A stretch of 64,000 nucleotides of DNA from positions 44,233 to 108,232 of the forward strand of contig CACALC010000001.1 in the NCBI GenBank assembly GCA_902533225.1, in the 5' to 3' direction. Shown piece by piece: positions 24,298-33,680 of this stretch. Each line of letters opens with the position of its first letter. Position 1 is the first letter of the stretch. The notes under the pieces are model-generated. The model saw only the letters and a program-made list of their open reading frames with translations. It did no database searches and was not told where the DNA came from. The translations under genes were made by a program, and so were the position numbers. This DNA comes from an uncultured SAR116 cluster alpha proteobacterium. Its GTDB lineage: Bacteria > Pseudomonadota > Alphaproteobacteria > Puniceispirillales > Marisalimonadaceae.

Positions 24298-25339
24298 TAT
24301 TTGTTCCTTGTGATTTAGGTCTTTTCATACCCTCAATTAGATTTTCCATTTCAATTTTACCAGTAACTTTTCCTTTAGAATCTTTTATAGTAACTGGTTT
24401 TGAAGGTGCATCTGACATTATTTGAAGAATATCTTCTAATACCATGTCCTCTTTGACAGTAGCCCCAGAACTCTTAACTTTAGTGGGGGTCATGATTGAT
24501 TTAGCTTGGATTACTCTTGCTCGGTTAATGTCCTTAATAAAATCAGAAACATAGTCATCTGCAGGCTGCATAATAATTTCCTGAGGATTACTGTCTTGAA
24601 CCATACTTCCATCTCTTAGAATAGCAATTCTGTCTCCAATTTTAAGAGCTTCATCTAGATCGTGTGTAATAAATATTATTGTTTTATGTAATTCATTTTG
24701 AAGATCTAAAAGAATATTTTGCATTTCAGATCGTATAAGTGGATCTAAGGCTGAGAAAGCTTCGTCCATTAGTAAGATTTCTGCATCTGTTGCTAATGCT
24801 CTTGCCAAGCCAACTCTCTGTTGCATTCCACCCGACAACTGACCAGGGAAGTATGTTTCATACCCGTCCAAACCGACACGATTAATCCATTTTTGAGCTT
24901 TTTCATTCCACTCCTTTTCCGGAATACTTTGAACCGCAAGCCCGTAACCAACATTTTGTAATACTGTTTTATGAGGGAAAAGAGCAAATTTTTGAAATAC
25001 CATGGACATATTGTTTTGTCTAAATTGAATAAGTTCTTTTTGTGATAAACTTAATATATCTTGATTATTAGCTAGGATTTTACCACTTGTTGGTTCTATT
25101 AGTCTGTTTAGGTGCCTTATGAGGGTTGATTTACCTGATCCAGATAGACCCATTACAACCTGTATTTTTGCCTTGTTAACATCTAAGTTAATGTTATTTA
25201 AACCAAGTACACAATTGCACTTTTCAAGAAGCTCGTCTTTACCCATACCATTCTTAACTAATTCAAGAGCTTCATTTGTATTGTCACCAAAGATTTTGTA
25301 AAGTTGCTTAACATGGATCAAAACGTCGTTTTTACTCAT
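24287..25339 (-). CDS. proV: Glycine betaine/proline-family ABC transporter ATP-binding protein (ProV-like)
   Basis: GLSGSGKS, LSGGMQQRVGLARAL, DEAFSALDPLIR. Confidence 0.9.
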   Translation of the reverse strand: MSKNDVLIHVKQLYKIFGDNTNEALELVKNGMGKDELLEKCNCVLGLNNINLDVNKAKIQVVMGLSGSGKSTLIRHLNRLIEPTSGKILANNQDILSLSQKELIQFRQNNMSMVFQKFALFPHKTVLQNVGYGLAVQSIPEKEWNEKAQKWINRVGLDGYETYFPGQLSGGMQQRVGLARALATDAEILLMDEAFSALDPLIRSEMQNILLDLQNELHKTIIFITHDLDEALKIGDRIAILRDGSMVQDSNPQEIIMQPADDYVSDFIKDINRARVIQAKSIMTPTKVKSSGATVKEDMVLEDILQIMSDAPSKPVTIKDSKGKVTGKIEMENLIEGMKRPKSQGTNITG

Positions 25340-25343
25340 AAAA

Positions 25344-26231
25344 CTAACCCTTACCGTCATTTCTATACTTTTGCATTCTCAAGCCAAATTTTTGAGTCAC
25401 TCTATCAAAGATAATAGCCAATACTACAATTGCTAATCCATTCATAAGTCCTAAAGCAAGATATTGATTTGAAATAGCTCTTAGAACTGGAAGACCTAGT
25501 CCCTTAACACCTATCATTGAAGCAATAACTACCATCGCTAACGCCATCATTATTGTTTGATTAACCCCAGCAAATATTGTTGGCAAAGCAAGTGGCATTT
25601 GCACCCCAAAAAGTTTTTGCCAGTAACTAGCTCCAAATGAATCTGCAGCTTCTAAAACATCTTTGTCAACTAACCGAATTCCTAAGTTAGTTAAACGAAC
25701 TATTGGTGGAATAGCATAAATACAGACCGCTATTAAACCAGGAACCTTTCCTATTCCAAGTAACATAACTACTGGTATTAGATAAACAAAACTAGGAATA
25801 GTTTGCATCACATCTAAAACAGGAACTATTACGGCTTGAATTTTGTTACTCCTTGCCATAGCTATTCCCATTGGAATACCTATTGAGATACATAAGAAAG
25901 TAGCTACAAGAATTATAGCTAAAGTTGACATAGTGTCTTCCCACATACCAAAATAGCCTATAAGCATAAAGCTTAAAAATGTCCCAATTACAACTGGAAT
26001 TGATCGTGAACCTATCCACGCAAGTACAAGTATACCAAAAATAATAAGGGGCCATGGAGTGTTAATGAAAAATTTCTCAAACCAGACCAAAAACATTAAT
26101 AGAGGTTCAAAAAAACCTTCAATTTCAGCGCCATATGAACGAGAAAAGTCAGTGAAGGCAAAATCAACTGTTTTTTTAAATTCTCTTAAATCAGATCTGC
26201 TCATATCAGGAAAATTAAAAAACCAGTCCAT
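25344..26231 (-). CDS. proW: Glycine betaine/proline-family ABC transporter permease (ProW-like)
   Basis: LDVMQTIPSFVYLIP, EAADSFG loop, GVNQTIMMAL. Confidence 0.9.
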   Translation of the reverse strand: MDWFFNFPDMSRSDLREFKKTVDFAFTDFSRSYGAEIEGFFEPLLMFLVWFEKFFINTPWPLIIFGILVLAWIGSRSIPVVIGTFLSFMLIGYFGMWEDTMSTLAIILVATFLCISIGIPMGIAMARSNKIQAVIVPVLDVMQTIPSFVYLIPVVMLLGIGKVPGLIAVCIYAIPPIVRLTNLGIRLVDKDVLEAADSFGASYWQKLFGVQMPLALPTIFAGVNQTIMMALAMVVIASMIGVKGLGLPVLRAISNQYLALGLMNGLAIVVLAIIFDRVTQKFGLRMQKYRNDGKG

Positions 26232-26247
26232 CTACTGACCTTCCTTT

Positions 26248-26288
26248 AAAAAAATAATCACTACTTCATATTGAAGTAGTGATTATTT
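26248..26288 (-). terminator. Intra-operon stem-loop (partial terminator or mRNA stabiliser) after the substrate-binding gene
   Basis: 17-bp perfect inverted repeat AAATAATCACTACTTCA-TAT-TGAAGTAGTGATTATTT followed by a T run on the minus strand. Confidence 0.8.
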
Positions 26289-26304
26289 ATGTTTTAATAA
26301 CTAA

Positions 26305-27321
26305 TTATAAACTAGCTTTAATTTTTTTAGCAACGTCTGGACTTACCCATTTTTCCCAAACATCACCATGTTTCTCAAGAAATTCAAATGCAGCGTCTTT
26401 ACCAGAAGCTTTTTGTTCTGTCATAAAAACTAACATACCATTCATTATTGCACCTGGATAAACTCTATTTGCAATATAATCCATAGCGACACCAGCATTT
26501 TTCTTAAAATTAGCTGATACAACACTATTTACCTCTGATTTCACCCAAGATGATTTTTTAGGATCAGCACAATCTTTTTCCGGTTTTACAATACAATTAT
26601 CCCAATTTTCTTTTCCACCAAATGGAACACCAAAATCTAGTTTATGCATTTTGTATTTTCCGATCATAGAAGTAGGAGACCAGTAATATCCAAACCAGTT
26701 TTCTCCTCTTTCAACAGCTTTCGCCATGGAACCATCTAAACCAGCAGCACTGCCAGGATCAACTAAAACCCAACCTTTTTTTTCCATTTCAAAAGCTCTA
26801 AAAAGGTTTGCATTAGCTAATTGACAACCCCATCCTGCAGGACAGCCCACAAAAGCACCCTTTGATTTATCTTCAGAGTATGGAAATAAATCAGGTCTAT
26901 TTATAACATCAAGGGCGGTTTTCAATTCAGGATGTTTCTTTACAGTTGCTGGTGGCAGCCACCAACCTTCACCCAAACCGGTTATTGGAGACTTATTTGC
27001 AACCATTAATCTATTTTCTCCAACAGCTTTTTTAAGTGGTACTGCTACTGCATTTGCCCATAGTTCTGGAGCAACATCTGGAGCACCCTTTTCATTCATG
27101 GAAGTAAAAGTTGGCATAGTAGCACCCGCAACTAACTCAACTTCACAGCCATAGCCTTTTTCTAGAATTATTTTATCAACATTTGCCATTAATTCAGCAG
27201 ATGCCCAATTCATTTCAGCTATGCTTACTTTACCACATGCGGCATTACCTATTGTAGCCCAACTAAGGCCTACGGCTACGGTTGCCGCCATTGTAAATGC
27301 AGCTCCGAATACCCGTTTCAT
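26305..27321 (-). CDS. Quaternary amine/amino acid ABC transporter substrate-binding protein (ProX/HisX-like)
   Basis: Signal peptide; AEMNWASA, CPAGWGC, GYYWSPT; first gene of the XWV operon; strong AGGAGG Shine-Dalgarno. Confidence 0.9.
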   Translation of the reverse strand: MKRVFGAAFTMAATVAVGLSWATIGNAACGKVSIAEMNWASAELMANVDKIILEKGYGCEVELVAGATMPTFTSMNEKGAPDVAPELWANAVAVPLKKAVGENRLMVANKSPITGLGEGWWLPPATVKKHPELKTALDVINRPDLFPYSEDKSKGAFVGCPAGWGCQLANANLFRAFEMEKKGWVLVDPGSAAGLDGSMAKAVERGENWFGYYWSPTSMIGKYKMHKLDFGVPFGGKENWDNCIVKPEKDCADPKKSSWVKSEVNSVVSANFKKNAGVAMDYIANRVYPGAIMNGMLVFMTEQKASGKDAAFEFLEKHGDVWEKWVSPDVAKKIKASL

Positions 27322-27592
27322 TTTATCCTCCTGTTTCCGCTTGTAAATAAATTACAAACCTTTGTTTATTACTTTAAAAAAACATTGAATAATGTTTTCG
27401 AGAATCATTGTAACAATAATTTAGTGTATATTGCAAATCTCAGTTTGGGAATATCATTAATATTATTAAATAAGTATATGATATATATATAGAATATTTT
27501 TTTAAATTTTTAATTATTTATTAATTTATTTTTGTTTTGATTTAGAATTTAATGATTTATGATTATATCAAACTAATTAGTAACTTGAGAAC

Positions 27593-28132
27593 ATGTTTGA
27601 AGATTCCACACCTTTTATTATAGCTTTAGTGGTAACATTTTGCTTCATGATATGTATTGCTATATGGAATAGTATAACTGCTCCACCACCTCCACAAAAG
27701 GCTCCTCCAATTGAATCAGGACCATCAAGAACAAGAGAAATTTTAGCTCGTTTTAGTGAGTTTTACATGAATTTAAATCCTCAAGGAGAAACAATTTTTG
27801 ATATAGGTATTTTGCCTGATCCAAAACAACATATAATTCACGCTCTTTACGTAGGTTTTGATGAAAGTGAAGACGACGACGAAAGGTCTGCTATTGAGAG
27901 AGGTTTAAGGGCTATAGTTACATTCCAAGAAAGAGTGGGAGAAGAACCAATTAAGAGAAATATTTCTGAAACAGAAAATTTTTTAAGTACTAATTTAAAT
28001 ACAGAAAATGAAGATGAAAAATTCATTGCAAAATCAATTGACGATGAAGAATTTAATAAATTTGCTAATCTAAGAGATCAAGAGTTAGAATTACATTTTC
28101 AACATTTAAAAATCGAAAGTAATGAAGAGTAG
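27593..28132 (+). CDS. Hypothetical membrane-anchored protein
   Basis: N-terminal TM helix, poly-Pro linker, acidic soluble domain. Confidence 0.7.
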   Translation: MFEDSTPFIIALVVTFCFMICIAIWNSITAPPPPQKAPPIESGPSRTREILARFSEFYMNLNPQGETIFDIGILPDPKQHIIHALYVGFDESEDDDERSAIERGLRAIVTFQERVGEEPIKRNISETENFLSTNLNTENEDEKFIAKSIDDEEFNKFANLRDQELELHFQHLKIESNEE

Positions 28133-28142
28133 ATAAAATATA

Positions 28143-28952
28143 ATGGCTTTTTTGAAAATTGATGAAGAAAACATAATTTACTACGAATATACAGAGCCAA
28201 AAGAAAAAGGCTGTACTTTTGTATTTGTAAATGCTCTGACTGGAAACACATCAACATGGAATGGTGATATAGGTAAAAAAATTGTGGCTAAAGAACATGG
28301 ATATCTTACATATAATTTTAGGGGGCAAGAAAATAGTACATTCGACGAAAATATAGATTTAAACACTGATATTATTGTTAATGATTTATCTCTTTTGCTA
28401 GAAAAATTAAAATTAGAAAATGTAATACTGGTTGGCCTTTCTATAGGTGGATTATATGCGACACTGGCTCTTGAAAAAGGCGTCAAGATATTAGGTTTAG
28501 TTTTAATAAACACATTACGAAAAAATAATTTAAGATTAAGTTGGATTAATGAAACAATGGTTAATGTTGCAAGTTATGGCGGAACATCTTTATTAATGGA
28601 TTTTAACATGCCAGTAATAGCCTCACCTCCTTTTCTAGAAAAAATGAAACCAAACGCTCTAAATCCAGAAAATTATAAAGGACTAGATAAAAACTCTGGC
28701 ATTTTTAAACTTATGAAAGGATCTTTAACCGCCAATTGGGACATTGACTGGTCAATAATTGATGTGCCAGTTTTATTAATGACGGGTCATTATGACAAAG
28801 TTTTTAGAATCCCAAGTGATATAGACGAGATTGCCAACACAATTAAACAAATAGAAAGAATAGAATTTCCTGAATGCGGCCATTTAATACCAATGGAGAA
28901 ACCAAATGTATTTGCGGAATACATTGTTAAATTTGCAGAAAAACTAAGTTAA
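28143..28952 (+). CDS. Alpha/beta hydrolase (PcaD/enol-lactonase-like)
   Basis: GLSIGG nucleophile elbow, NFRGQ, GHYD acid, CGHLIP His. Confidence 0.85.
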   Translation: MAFLKIDEENIIYYEYTEPKEKGCTFVFVNALTGNTSTWNGDIGKKIVAKEHGYLTYNFRGQENSTFDENIDLNTDIIVNDLSLLLEKLKLENVILVGLSIGGLYATLALEKGVKILGLVLINTLRKNNLRLSWINETMVNVASYGGTSLLMDFNMPVIASPPFLEKMKPNALNPENYKGLDKNSGIFKLMKGSLTANWDIDWSIIDVPVLLMTGHYDKVFRIPSDIDEIANTIKQIERIEFPECGHLIPMEKPNVFAEYIVKFAEKLS

Positions 28953-29597
28953 TTTTTCTATATTAATCGTAACGTCCTCTCTAAGGAGACTGTGTTTTGA
29001 AATGTTAGTTTTGCCAAAATTATTTTCACAAACTTTTTTCATCCAGGATAATTCAGTATAATATAGGTTGTTTTTTACTTTACGTTCTTTATTCACTAAA
29101 CAATTAAAGATCATGCCTTTATTTGCAAACTTCCAATTAGATTCAAGGTTTGTAATAATATAATTTTCCCAAAAATTTATGTTATTTATTGGTGTTAAAT
29201 TATAAGTTCCTGACATGACAACAAAATCAACGTTCTTTGAGGGACATGCACCTACTTCAAAACTAATGTTTTCAAATTTATTATTTCTAGAACAAAATGA
29301 TATAAACTCTTTATTAATATCAAATCCATAATATTCAATTTTATTAAGTAGATTTCTTTCTTTAATTATTTCAAATAATCTCCCGTACCCACATCCTACA
29401 TCTGCTATAGATACTATCTTAGATTTTGATCTTTTAATAATTATATCTAGTATTATTTTAAGTCTTAAATCTTGTGATAATTTACTGTTCCAAAACACTC
29501 CCTTAGGTGTATTAAGATATTTTTGAAAACGTTTATTATATATAATAGAAATTTGTTTATTTAAAAATTTATGAATAAGATTTATTACAAAATACAT
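28944..29597 (-). CDS. Class I SAM-dependent methyltransferase
   Basis: IADVGCGYG, YYGFDIN, SGTYN; start uncertain (ORF extends to 29651). Confidence 0.85.
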   Translation of the reverse strand: MYFVINLIHKFLNKQISIIYNKRFQKYLNTPKGVFWNSKLSQDLRLKIILDIIIKRSKSKIVSIADVGCGYGRLFEIIKERNLLNKIEYYGFDINKEFISFCSRNNKFENISFEVGACPSKNVDFVVMSGTYNLTPINNINFWENYIITNLESNWKFANKGMIFNCLVNKERKVKNNLYYTELSWMKKVCENNFGKTNISKHSLLREDVTINIEKLT

Positions 29598-29649
29598 GTT
29601 AGAAAGATAATATAGATTATTTTTAATTAAAACTTTAAAAAGGTATTTC

Positions 29650-30792
29650 ATGAAAAAAATTTTGTTACTTGGCAGTGGAGAATTAGGAAAAGAATTAACT
29701 ATCAGTCTTAAAAGAATTGGATGTGATGTTGTTACTTGCGATGCTTACGAAAATGCACCTGCAATGCAAGTAAGCGATCAATTTGAAGTATTCAACATGC
29801 TTGATAGTAATAAACTTAATGAAGTAATAAAGACACATAAACCAGACTTCATAGTTCCTGAAGTGGAGGCTATTGAAACACAAGTTTTGATAGAAGCAGA
29901 GAAAAATGGCAAAAATGTAATACCTTCTGCTAAGGCAGTAAATTTAACTATGAATAGAGATAGAGTTAGAGACAGAGCAAAAATTTTAGGCTTACCAACA
30001 GCTAAATTTGCCTACGCTGAAACAGAAGAACAATTAATTTTAGAAGCCAAAAAGATTGGAACCAAAGTAGCAGTAAAGCCAGTAATGAGCTCTTCTGGTA
30101 AAGGTCAAAGTTATGCGACTACCGAGGACGAATTAAGAAGTGCCTGGAAATTTGCTATTGAAGGGATGAGGGGAAATAGAAAACGCGTTATCGTTGAAGA
30201 ATTTATTAATTTTGATTATGAGATAACTCTTTTAACCATACTTGAAAAATCAGGGAATGTTTCTTTTTGTGAACCAATTGGACATTATCAAGAACGTGGT
30301 GATTATCAATTTAGTTGGCAGCCTGCCGATTGTTCAAAAAATGTAATTCTCAATGCACAAAATGCCGCACGCAAAATGGTATTAGATCTAGGTGGATCCG
30401 GAATTTTTGGAGTTGAGTTTTTTGTTGATAAAAAAGGTAGAGTTATTTTTAGTGAATTAAGCCCTCGCCCGCATGATACTGGGATGGTCACAATGTATAC
30501 CCAAAATTATAGTCAATTTGACATTCATGCCAGAGTTTTATTGGGATTACCTTTGCCTGAAGTAAAATTGAGCAGAACTGGAGCTAGTCATGTAATCTTA
30601 GCTGACAAAAATGCAACAGGGAATTATTTAATAGAGGGTGTAGAAAAAGCTCTAGAAGATAAAAGTATAGATTTTAGAATTTTTGGAAAACCTTATTTAA
30701 AGTCTTATAGACGAATGGGAGTTATACTTGCTGAAAATCTAGAAAATGCCAAAGCTGCAGCAAAAAAAATATCAATTAAATCCAAGCTCTAG
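29650..30792 (+). CDS. purT: Formate-dependent phosphoribosylglycinamide formyltransferase
   Basis: LLGSGELGKE, KPVMSSSGKGQS, SELSPRPHDTG, RRMGV. Confidence 0.97.
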   Translation: MKKILLLGSGELGKELTISLKRIGCDVVTCDAYENAPAMQVSDQFEVFNMLDSNKLNEVIKTHKPDFIVPEVEAIETQVLIEAEKNGKNVIPSAKAVNLTMNRDRVRDRAKILGLPTAKFAYAETEEQLILEAKKIGTKVAVKPVMSSSGKGQSYATTEDELRSAWKFAIEGMRGNRKRVIVEEFINFDYEITLLTILEKSGNVSFCEPIGHYQERGDYQFSWQPADCSKNVILNAQNAARKMVLDLGGSGIFGVEFFVDKKGRVIFSELSPRPHDTGMVTMYTQNYSQFDIHARVLLGLPLPEVKLSRTGASHVILADKNATGNYLIEGVEKALEDKSIDFRIFGKPYLKSYRRMGVILAENLENAKAAAKKISIKSKL

Positions 30793-30794
30793 AT

Positions 30795-31628
30795 TTATTG
30801 TATAATTGGTATTTCAGCATCCTCTTCAACATCAGTAATAAGCATATAACCAGGTGTATGAGATATACAAAACGAAACCGAAGAATTTAATATTGCATTT
30901 TGGGGAGTTACACCACAAGCCCAAAAGACATTTACTTCATCTTCTAACAAGGGTCTTGGAACATCTCCCCAGTCAGGTTCAAAAACATTTAAAATGCCAA
31001 TTTTGTTGGGATTGCTGATATGTACCGGCTTTCCATGGGCCCAATGAAAAGATTTACAAATATTAATAACATTATCGACTTGACTTTTTTTAAAGATTCT
31101 CATTGAAACAACCATTGTATTTCCAAAAGGGCCACTTTTTAGATTTTTAATATTTGTTTTATACATAGGGACAACTTTATTTTCATTAATATGATCTATT
31201 GTAAAGCCATGCCTAATTAGGGAATGTTCAAATGTAAATGAACAACCTATTGCAAATGCAACAAGATTTTCATTCCATAAATTACTAATTTCATGAACTG
31301 TACTATGCAGTTTTCCAGCTTTATAAATATTATAAGATGGAACGTCTGTTCTAACGTCTATATTTTTACCTAATGTTTTTAGAAAAGGAGAACCGACATC
31401 CGATACACCAACAAGTGGACAGGCTTTAGGATTTCTCTGACAAAATATCATAAAATCTAAAGCATTTTTTTTTTCTAAAATAATGAGATTTGTTTGAAGC
31501 ATATTTTTAGATAAACCAGCAGTTTGCCCTTTATACTCTCCTGATCTAATTACTGCTCTTATTTGAGAATTATTATATGTTTTTGCTATATTATAGATAT
31601 TTGTAAGATCTTGCATTTTCAATTCCAA
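30795..31628 (-). CDS. DUF1445 / D-glutamate cyclase family putative hydro-lyase
   Basis: FCQRNPKACP, DVRTDVPSY, IGCSFTFE, HGKPVH, FWACGVTPQ, HTPGYMLITD. Confidence 0.9.
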   Translation of the reverse strand: MELKMQDLTNIYNIAKTYNNSQIRAVIRSGEYKGQTAGLSKNMLQTNLIILEKKNALDFMIFCQRNPKACPLVGVSDVGSPFLKTLGKNIDVRTDVPSYNIYKAGKLHSTVHEISNLWNENLVAFAIGCSFTFEHSLIRHGFTIDHINENKVVPMYKTNIKNLKSGPFGNTMVVSMRIFKKSQVDNVINICKSFHWAHGKPVHISNPNKIGILNVFEPDWGDVPRPLLEDEVNVFWACGVTPQNAILNSSVSFCISHTPGYMLITDVEEDAEIPIIQ

Positions 31629-31637
31629 TGTACATTA

Positions 31638-32528
31638 TTATTTAAAATTTGAAATTACAGAGGCTATATCCTGTTCTTGTTTATAACCCATTAAGTGAAT
31701 TCCGCTTACACCACTTATTAATTTATATCTTTCAATTAGTTCAACACAAATTTTTATACCTTCTAATTTTTCGTTATTAGAATTTTCAATTCTGTTAATT
31801 ATTTGCTCAGGAATATTAATGCCAAATAAATTTTTATTCATCCATCTAGCACTTTTTGCTGATTTAATAACTCCTAATCCAATAATAAAATACGCCTTAT
31901 CTGTCACACCAAGTTTATTTAATTTGAGCATATAATTTTTCAATATAATTTCGTCAAAAGCATATTGAGTTTGAAAGAATTCAACTCCTGAATTGATTTT
32001 TTTTACTAGATTTGCTGCATCAAAATCCTCTTTGACTTCAAAAGGTGTGTCAGCTCCACCAATAAAAAAACTAGGTGCATCGTCAATTCTTCTCCCAGAA
32101 GGATAACTCTGGTTAATTTTAATATCGTGTGCGGTTTTTAATAAACTAATTGTATCTAAATCTCGAACTTCTTTTGCCTCTGGCTGATCCCCGCCTTTGA
32201 CTTCATCACCATATAAACAAAGTATATTAGGAATATTCAAAGCCCACCCACCAAGTAAATCGCCTTGAATTGCAATTCTATTTCTGTCTCTTGTAGTGAA
32301 CTGTAATACAGGCTCAATTTCATGTTGAGCCAGAATAGCAGCTGTTGCCAAAGCAGACATGTGAGACTTAGCACCGGCGCCATCAGTAACATTAACCGCA
32401 TCAGCTAAATTTTTTAAGCATTTGACTTGATTAATAACTGTATCTTTATTTCCTGAGTCTGGAGGAGATGTTTCGGCAGTAAAAACAAATTTATTTTTCT
32501 GTAGTGAATTTCTTAATTTACTTTTCAT
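31638..32528 (-). CDS. metF: Methylenetetrahydrofolate reductase
   Basis: AETSPP, VNVTD, RDRNRIAIQGDLLG, FFQTQY, GIHLM. Confidence 0.9.
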   Translation of the reverse strand: MKSKLRNSLQKNKFVFTAETSPPDSGNKDTVINQVKCLKNLADAVNVTDGAGAKSHMSALATAAILAQHEIEPVLQFTTRDRNRIAIQGDLLGGWALNIPNILCLYGDEVKGGDQPEAKEVRDLDTISLLKTAHDIKINQSYPSGRRIDDAPSFFIGGADTPFEVKEDFDAANLVKKINSGVEFFQTQYAFDEIILKNYMLKLNKLGVTDKAYFIIGLGVIKSAKSARWMNKNLFGINIPEQIINRIENSNNEKLEGIKICVELIERYKLISGVSGIHLMGYKQEQDIASVISNFK

Positions 32529-32579
32529 AAAAAATGTCCAAAGTGATTTTAGTTTTTTATTTAAAGGGGGGATTTTAAA

Positions 32580-33680
32580 ATGTCTAATGATTTTTTTACT
32601 ACATCAAATAGAATTAAAAGTACCCCCTTTAGTTCAAGAAACCAAAAGGCAGGCGTAAAAAAACATAGTGTCTATAATAACACATTAATACCAACAATAT
32701 TTAAATCTTTAAAAAGTGACTATTTGCATCTAATAAAACATGTTCAGCTATGGGACGTATGTGCACAAAAAGTAATAGAACTTAAAGGAAATAAAGCTTT
32801 AGGTATAATTAAGTATTTATTTTGCAGAGATTTCACAAAAATTACTCCTGGCAGAGCTTATTATGCACCCATAGTGAATTTTGAAGGGGGCCTATTAAAT
32901 GATCCAGTTGTTTTTTGCATAAATGAAGAACATTTTTTAATTTCATTGTCAGACTCTGATTTATTTAATTGGGCTTCAGCAATTAATCATACTAAAGAAT
33001 TTTTCGTTGAAGTAAATGAGACAGATATAATAACTATGGCTATCCAAGGTCCAAAATCAGAACAAACAATGTTAAAGATATTTGGCGAAGAAATAAAATC
33101 TTTAAAGTCTTTTAATTTTAAAAATTTTGTTTTCAACAATGAGAATATTATTATATCAAAAACAGGTTTTAGCAAACAGTCTGGATATGAAATTTTATTA
33201 TCAAATCCTAATAATGGAACCCATTTATGGGATTTAATTATTAAAAAAGGTGAAGAATTCAATATAAGAGTGGGATGCCCCAACATGATAGAAAGAGTGG
33301 AAAGTAGCCTACTTAGTTATGGGAATGAAATGACTAATAAGGATTTTCCTCAAGATTGTGGATTAGGAAAATATTGTAATCTTGAATCTGATTATGATTT
33401 TATCGGGAAAAGTGCTTTATTAAAAAAAGAAGAAATTGGATTTAATAAAACTATATATCAAATTCAATTTGATTTTGAAGAAAAGATAAAACCTATATTT
33501 TACAGTAATTTACCAATTTTTAAAAAAGAACAAGTAATTGGAAAAGCGACTTCAATAGTCTGGTCACCAAAATTTTCAAAGTATATTGGTTTTTTCATTG
33601 CTAACAAAGATGTTAAAGATGATTTAGAATCTCATCACATTCTAAATAAAGTGAAATTTGAGATGTATGAAATTAATTAG
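32580..33680 (+). CDS. DmdA-like (GcvT-family) THF-dependent demethylase, divergent
   Basis: RIKSTPF, HVQLWDV, LLNDPV, DSD, AIQGPKS, GCPNMIERVES.LLSYGN, all typical of the DMSP demethylase clade. Confidence 0.8.
   Translation: MSNDFFTTSNRIKSTPFSSRNQKAGVKKHSVYNNTLIPTIFKSLKSDYLHLIKHVQLWDVCAQKVIELKGNKALGIIKYLFCRDFTKITPGRAYYAPIVNFEGGLLNDPVVFCINEEHFLISLSDSDLFNWASAINHTKEFFVEVNETDIITMAIQGPKSEQTMLKIFGEEIKSLKSFNFKNFVFNNENIIISKTGFSKQSGYEILLSNPNNGTHLWDLIIKKGEEFNIRVGCPNMIERVESSLLSYGNEMTNKDFPQDCGLGKYCNLESDYDFIGKSALLKKEEIGFNKTIYQIQFDFEEKIKPIFYSNLPIFKKEQVIGKATSIVWSPKFSKYIGFFIANKDVKDDLESHHILNKVKFEMYEIN

Noticed and set aside
32529-32579. Possible SAM riboswitch ahead of metF
   Set aside because: 51-bp spacer with no recognisable SAM-II/SAM-V core
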